DNA from: Proteobacteria bacterium CAG:495
GTDB taxonomy: Bacteria > Pseudomonadota > Alphaproteobacteria > RF32 > CAG-239
NCBI GenBank assembly: GCA_000432275.1
Contig: HF995323.1
Span: 121,957-182,357, forward strand
Reading direction: 5' to 3'
Length of the DNA: 60,401 bases
A program made the translations under genes and the position numbers. How positions within the stretch are numbered: the first letter of the stretch is position 1; every line of letters starts with the position of its first letter. The notes beneath the pieces were generated by a model. The model made no database searches. It was not told where the DNA came from and saw only the letters and a list, made by a program, of their open reading frames with translations. Positions 56,158-60,401 of the stretch are shown here, one piece after another.

Positions 56158-57463
56158 TTACTTTACTCCATTTATTTAATATCCACGAAGATGAATTAGC
56201 TTTATTCTCCCCTCCAACACCAAAAGCTAAATCCACTCCGCATTCTATACAAGTAGAGCACTCTGGAATATTCTCTTTTCCCCGATCACCTCCGTTTGCA
56301 AATACTAAGTTTGCTTCAGGATATCTTTCTCTGACTTTTTTTATTCCATCATTAGCTGAACCATCCGAATCATCAAATTCAAGGACATCAACAACACCTT
56401 TTAAATTTTCTAAAATCGATTTACGTGTTTTCATTGAATGAAAATTTTTACCTTTTTTACGACATAACCACTTATCAGAATTAACTAAAACTATTACGCC
56501 ATCTGATGCCTGTGCTGAAGCCTTGATCATCTCAATATGACCTTCGTGAATAGGATCAAAACCACCGGACACAATGTAATATGTAGGAGTATGTTCAACA
56601 ACACTATTACAAAAATACAAAAAGGGCTTTGCGATATTTTTATCAATAAACTTGCTTTTATATACTGTAATGCCCAATATTTTTATCCGCCGGCAATTAT
56701 TCTTGACGTTATTTCGGTAAAAAATTTTAATAAACTTACAATATAAAATTGCCCAAAGACGCATTTTAGGATGATATCTTTGCAGCAAAGTATCTTTATA
56801 AAGCCGTCTTTCTCTCAATTCTTTTTTGAAATAGTTTTTCCATAAAGATTCTTCCTGACTTTTAGTACGATAAAAAAATAAAACTTCTGGCAAACGTATC
56901 ATTGGAAGATTATTATCTACATAATTGAGCCAATAATCCATATCATCGCCGCTATAACCATTAAAATCTATTTTATATCCTCCAAATTTTTCAAAATCTT
57001 CTTTATAAAATAGAGCCGAGATAACACAGCATTCATGCCTACCATACATTTCATATTTTGTAAATTTGGGCTGATAGAAGAAACCACAACATTTTCCAAA
57101 CATCCAAACCTCACTTGCAACAACACGATTATTGGTTGTGGATATAATATGATACAATCTTTCCAAACATGTTGGTGCTATTTTATCATCCGCATCTAAA
57201 GGATAAATATATGTCCCCTGTGCTTGCTTTATCGCATTATTACGAGCGACAACAACACCCTGATTTGCTTGCCGTATCAACCTTATATTTTTATTATGTT
57301 TTACATATTCATTTACAATTTCAGCAGAATCATCCGTTGAACCATCATCGATTACGATAACTTCATAATCTTTAAATGTTTGGGAAACCAAGGAATCAAG
57401 ACATTCTTTAATGTATTTTTCCTGATTATAGCAAGGAACAATAACACTTATTTTACAAACCAT
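56150..57463 (-). CDS. fusion: GT2 glycosyltransferase (N-terminal) plus cytidylyl/adenylyl-transferase-like nucleotidyltransferase (C-terminal)
   Basis: 437 aa. ISVIVPCYNQEKYIKECLDSLVSQTFKDYEVIVIDDGSTDDS and YPLDADD identify GT2. The C-terminal roughly 140 aa carry IVSGGFDPIHEGHIEMI (HxGH nucleotidyltransferase motif) and ANGGDR. Confidence 0.75.
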   Translation of the reverse strand: MVCKISVIVPCYNQEKYIKECLDSLVSQTFKDYEVIVIDDGSTDDSAEIVNEYVKHNKNIRLIRQANQGVVVARNNAIKQAQGTYIYPLDADDKIAPTCLERLYHIISTTNNRVVASEVWMFGKCCGFFYQPKFTKYEMYGRHECCVISALFYKEDFEKFGGYKIDFNGYSGDDMDYWLNYVDNNLPMIRLPEVLFFYRTKSQEESLWKNYFKKELRERRLYKDTLLQRYHPKMRLWAILYCKFIKIFYRNNVKNNCRRIKILGITVYKSKFIDKNIAKPFLYFCNSVVEHTPTYYIVSGGFDPIHEGHIEMIKASAQASDGVIVLVNSDKWLCRKKGKNFHSMKTRKSILENLKGVVDVLEFDDSDGSANDGIKKVRERYPEANLVFANGGDRGKENIPECSTCIECGVDLAFGVGGENKANSSSWILNKWSKVNV

Positions 57464-58310
57464 ACTGGTCTCCTTTTTCTTTCATTCCCAATAACGGAAT
57501 TTTACCAAACAAATAAACTGAATATTTGTTGTTTTTTAATGTAACAGTCAAAAAAGGAACCAGCTTAAATAGCCTAATACACCATACCCTCTTTCTCGTA
57601 TTCGTATAATAAGCAAAAAACGCAGGATATTTATTTCGCATAATTGCGTGAATTTCTTCCGTGACTTCTCTCATTGTCTTTTTTTGTAAAACAGAAGTCC
57701 TGTGATCATGTGAACGATATCTAAACAAAACTTCAGAAATGTTATAAAACCGAGTAAATTCCATTAAGGAACACCACAATTTATAATCCTCCGCCGGAGA
57801 ATATTCTTTCTCGTACCTGATTTTATTTTCAATTAAAACAGATTTTCGAAGCATTGATGAAGGGTGAACCACTGCACATATATTCATCATTAAAGACTTG
57901 ATTTTAAAGTCATCTGAAGGAAAATATAACCCTTTATTATCAGGAAAAACATCTGTCCAACACCCAACAACGCCAACATCAGGATGAGCATCTAAATAAT
58001 CTACCTGTTTTTCCAATCACTCCGGCAAAGAAACATCATCATGATCCATTACTGCCAAATATTCTCCCCTCGCCATATCAACTAATTTGTTACGAGATTC
58101 TGAAATTCCCATATTCGTTTCATTTCTCAAATATTTAATACGACGGTCTTTATATGATTTAACAATAAGTTCTCTATCGTCTTCTAGACAATCATCCAAA
58201 ATCAAAAACTCAAAATCACTATATGTTTGCGCTAAAATACTTGAAATTGCCTCTCTCAAATACTCTTCGTTCGTCCGATACACCGGCATTAATACAGAAA
58301 CCCTAACCAC
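57453..58310 (-). pseudogene. GT2 glycosyltransferase paralogue interrupted by one in-frame TGA (two ORF fragments, 58017-58310 and 57453-58016)
   Basis: The minus strand reads ATGGATCATGATGATGTTTCTTTGCCGGAG TGA TTGGAAAAACAGGTAGATTAT. The fragments together align end to end with the intact neighbour (58329-59228). The TGA falls where the neighbour has Arg: DHDDISLTDRFKMQAAYLDAHPD versus DHDDVSLPE*LEKQVDYLDAHPD. Confidence 0.6.
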
Positions 58311-58328
58311 AAGCAGCTCCCTGTTTCA

Positions 58329-59228
58329 TTACAATTTAAGCTTGGCTGAAACCTTGGAATAAGTTTCGGCTATTGGTAAAAAACCAAACAAATAATACTT
58401 TGTCGTTGCACGGAAGCGTTTGATTTTCAAAACAGGTATGCCAAATATTTTAACTTTGACAAAACATGGATACTTGGACTGAACCTTATCCCACAATGCC
58501 CGATGCTCTGACTGGAGGTACCCAAACACCCTCTCCTCTATTGACCTGATTTGACGCGTTTCCTTTTTGGTTGTATTACTCTCGTGTTTCCTGTACAAAA
58601 ACAACACCTCCGGCAAACAACCAAAACGCGTCTTGCCAAGCAGATGTAAATACAGATTATAATCTTCCGTCGGAAAATATTCCTTGTCATACCGCAAACC
58701 GCTTTTCTCCAAAACCGACTTGCGCATCATAGTCGTCGGATGAAGCAAGGCGCATCCGAGCATCATCGCCTCTTCTATTCCCTCGTTGTCCTCCGGCGGA
58801 ATAACCAGCTTATTCTTGGGTATTTCCCTATGTGCCGTACCCAATACGCCAACATCAGGATGTGCATCAAGATAAGCCGCCTGCATCTTAAAACGATCCG
58901 TAAGTGAAATGTCGTCATGATCCATTATTGCCAGATATTCGCCTCGAGCCAAATCCATCAGTTTATTCCGCGTTTCCGAAATTCCCTGATTATGATCGTT
59001 TTTGTAATATCTGATACGCGCATCGTCATAACTTTTAATAACCTTTTCCACTCGCTCATCAGTAGAGGCGTCATTGATTATTATCAGCTCAAAATCGCCA
59101 TAACTTTGCCGCAAAATACTTTCTATACATGCACGAAGATAAGCTTCCTTTGTATTATATACCGGTAAAAGAACAGAAATTTTCGGCATTTTTTTATTTC
59201 CAGTCACCATGCGTCCAAACACCCTCAA
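58329..59228 (-). CDS. GT2 family glycosyltransferase
   Basis: 299 aa as tracked from a TTG start. Alternative ATG starts lie at 59210 and 59189 (MPKISVLLPVYN...). Motifs ISVLLPVYNTKEAYLRACIESILRQSYGDFELIIINDASTD and MDHDD. Confidence 0.85.
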   Translation of the reverse strand: MRVFGRMVTGNKKMPKISVLLPVYNTKEAYLRACIESILRQSYGDFELIIINDASTDERVEKVIKSYDDARIRYYKNDHNQGISETRNKLMDLARGEYLAIMDHDDISLTDRFKMQAAYLDAHPDVGVLGTAHREIPKNKLVIPPEDNEGIEEAMMLGCALLHPTTMMRKSVLEKSGLRYDKEYFPTEDYNLYLHLLGKTRFGCLPEVLFLYRKHESNTTKKETRQIRSIEERVFGYLQSEHRALWDKVQSKYPCFVKVKIFGIPVLKIKRFRATTKYYLFGFLPIAETYSKVSAKLKL

Positions 59229-59623
59229 TACTTTCCCATCTCCGTCTGAGAGATAAGTTTGACCTGTTCGTAAAGGAACTTTAGTTTTTCCGGACTGTAC
59301 TGATTAATGGAAGCCAGAATAAAATCAACCATGTCATTACGCACACGGTCTTTTGAATAGGCTTTCTTTTCAACCCTGTCCCTGAAAAATTCTTCATTGT
59401 CCGCAAACAAATCCAAGTAAGAAACGCCAAGAACCTCCGCTATTGACAGCAGCACCGACAAGTCAGGATTATACAACGCCCGCTCCAGATTCGAAATCGT
59501 TGCTATCCCCACATGGCTCTCTTCCGCCAGCTCCTTTTGTCCCATATGACGTGCCTGTCTCAGGCGTTTGATATTCGCCGCTACCAATCCCCGGTAATAT
59601 AGTGTCTTATCCTTTTCCGTCAC
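59225..59623 (-). CDS. XRE-family helix-turn-helix transcriptional regulator, first gene of the glycan operon
   Basis: 132 aa, GTG start. HTH_3 core IKRLRQARHMGQKELAEESHVGIATISNLERALYNPDLSVLLSIAEVLGVSYLDLF. Its stop overlaps the first possible start of the downstream GT2 gene. Confidence 0.8.
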   Translation of the reverse strand: MTEKDKTLYYRGLVAANIKRLRQARHMGQKELAEESHVGIATISNLERALYNPDLSVLLSIAEVLGVSYLDLFADNEEFFRDRVEKKAYSKDRVRNDMVDFILASINQYSPEKLKFLYEQVKLISQTEMGKY

Positions 59624-59663
59624 ATCAAAACCTTTGTCGTTCTTATCTTTATTTATGTTTTGT

Positions 59664-59693
59664 AATCTAGCATAATAAATTATTATTCGTCAA
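59664..59693 (-). promoter_or_regulatory. putative sigma-70-type promoter for the XRE-led operon
   Basis: On the minus strand, TTGACG (59693-59688), an 18-nt spacer, then TAGATT (59669-59664), about 40 nt upstream of the GTG start. Found by pattern match only. Confidence 0.25.
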
Positions 59694-59798
59694 ATAATAT
59701 TTATATGCCTGCGACAAAATCCATTTTCCAGATTTTGCTCGGCCAATCAAACAATACCCATACATTCGCAAACGCCGCTTATGTGTCAGAAATTTAAT

Positions 59799-59842
59799 AA
59801 AAAAAAAGAGATTGGCCTTTTTGAAAAAGGGCAATCTCTTTA
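59799..59842. terminator. long hairpin between an A-run and a short T-run in the non-coding tract
   Basis: aaaaaaaaAGAGATTGGCCtttttgaaaaaGGGCAATCTCTtt forms 10 of 11 base pairs. It could insulate the XRE operon from the upstream region. Confidence 0.4.
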
Positions 59843-60340
59843 AATAAATGATACTTACTAATTTAAAGCATCATACGGAGCGGAACACTAAACATGGCCA
59901 TTTGCCTAAAAGACTGAGTCCTTAAGCTGCAAATACAACCACGCCGTTAACGATGATTAAAATTGTTGTTAACATACTACAGCAAATTTTAATGGTTAAT
60001 AACTGTGTTAATACTCTCTATGTTAGTCGATAAACGAATAACCATAAAAAAAACATCTGATAGACATAATACTCTAATTTCGGAAATAACCTATAGACAC
60101 CTTTAGCCTAAGAGTCAAGCATAATATTTCATACTTAAACATTCCGCATCAACAGAAACAACAAACAGACAGTTTGCAAATTAAAAAAAATCTTTAACCA
60201 CGACTTAGCATATCAATTTAAATTTTCGAAAAAAAAACACCAATTTATTTGCAATACATTACCGGGACTCACGCCGAAAGATTGGAGAAATCTCTTTAAA
60301 AATCACAAAAAAATTCCCTTCCGCATGGGAGGAGGATTTT

Positions 60341-60401
60341 ATGGTGGGCCCAGATGGACTACTCTGCGCTCCGCTTGAAGTTGCACGGGCGCTCGTTCGC
60401 T
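60341..60401 (+). CDS. 5' end of an unidentified CDS (truncated by window edge)
   Basis: GGGAGGAGGA lies 4-5 nt upstream of ATG 60341. The open frame reads MVGPDGLLCAPLEVARALVR... to the window end. Composition rises sharply in GC relative to the preceding 700 bp. Confidence 0.3.
   Translation, partial: MVGPDGLLCAPLEVARALVR

Noticed and set aside
58017-58019. The in-frame TGA in the GT2 paralogue, read as evidence for TGA recoding (genetic code 4 or 25, or selenocysteine).
   Set aside because: TGA clearly terminates other well-supported genes in this window, for example the DUF374 gene (CGA TGA at 14380-14382), the XRE gene at 59225-59227, and the ibrA-like and SNF2-like genes. No SECIS-like context was noted. 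A nonsense mutation or a split gene is the simpler reading.
60342-60365. TGGTGGGCCCAGATGGAC... at the right edge looks like the reverse complement of a tRNA 3' end (CCA, discriminator and acceptor stem).
   Set aside because: The bases that follow do not form a T-arm (GATGG has no CCATC partner at the right distance). The same bases form an ATG-initiated open frame 4-5 nt after a GGGAGGAGGA Shine-Dalgarno, so it was called as a CDS start instead.
1-60401. Whole-window scan for CRISPR arrays, rRNA genes, IS elements, transposases, integrases and prophage structural genes.
   Set aside because: None seen. There are no regularly spaced direct repeats, and no translations carry DDE transposase, tyrosine or serine recombinase, or phage capsid/terminase signatures. 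The only repeats are paralogous genes (GT2 pair, M16 pair, XRE pair) and terminator hairpins.

Overview
About 60 kb of bacterial chromosome. The core gene content and order look alphaproteobacterial, which is an inference from synteny: lon-hupB-tRNA-Val, DUF374-waaA-lpxK, DUF3035-lspA, a paired M16 peptidase, gatCAB, recA, recJ, mutL, pgi, fabI, mgtE and sppA. Single 60-100-nt samples counted by hand give about 50% GC in core genes (mutL) and about 27-37% in the accessory blocks. There are three tRNAs: Val-UAC, Ser-GCU and Leu-GAG. I saw no rRNA, CRISPR array, transposase or integrase.

Accessory content:
(1) 132-8140 is a glycan-decoration locus abutting the 3' end of tRNA-Val. It holds an aminotransferase-HAD fusion, a TupA-like ATP-grasp ligase, an acetyltransferase and a 944-aa three-module glycosyltransferase whose base composition breaks in mid-gene.
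(2) 17680-20755 is a compact three-gene operon (SNF2-like, PAPS-reductase/IbrA-like, ParB-nuclease/IbrB-like) abutting the 3' end of tRNA-Ser. This is my top candidate for an uncharacterised DNA-modification or defence system.
(3) 50361-59623 is an eight-gene, very AT-rich glycan operon headed by an XRE regulator. It contains fused enzymes and a GT2 paralogue split by an in-frame TGA.

Smaller oddities: an orphan FliN/SpoA-domain gene heads the Kdo/lipid A operon. An orphan secreted protein interrupts the lon-hupB synteny. A Panacea (DUF4065)-like gene overlaps a DUF192 lipoprotein gene. A Trp-rich 35-codon micro-ORF has its own terminator. A roughly 700-bp non-coding AT-rich tract lies at the right edge.

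All product calls come from motif recognition by eye in the supplied translations. No database search was run.
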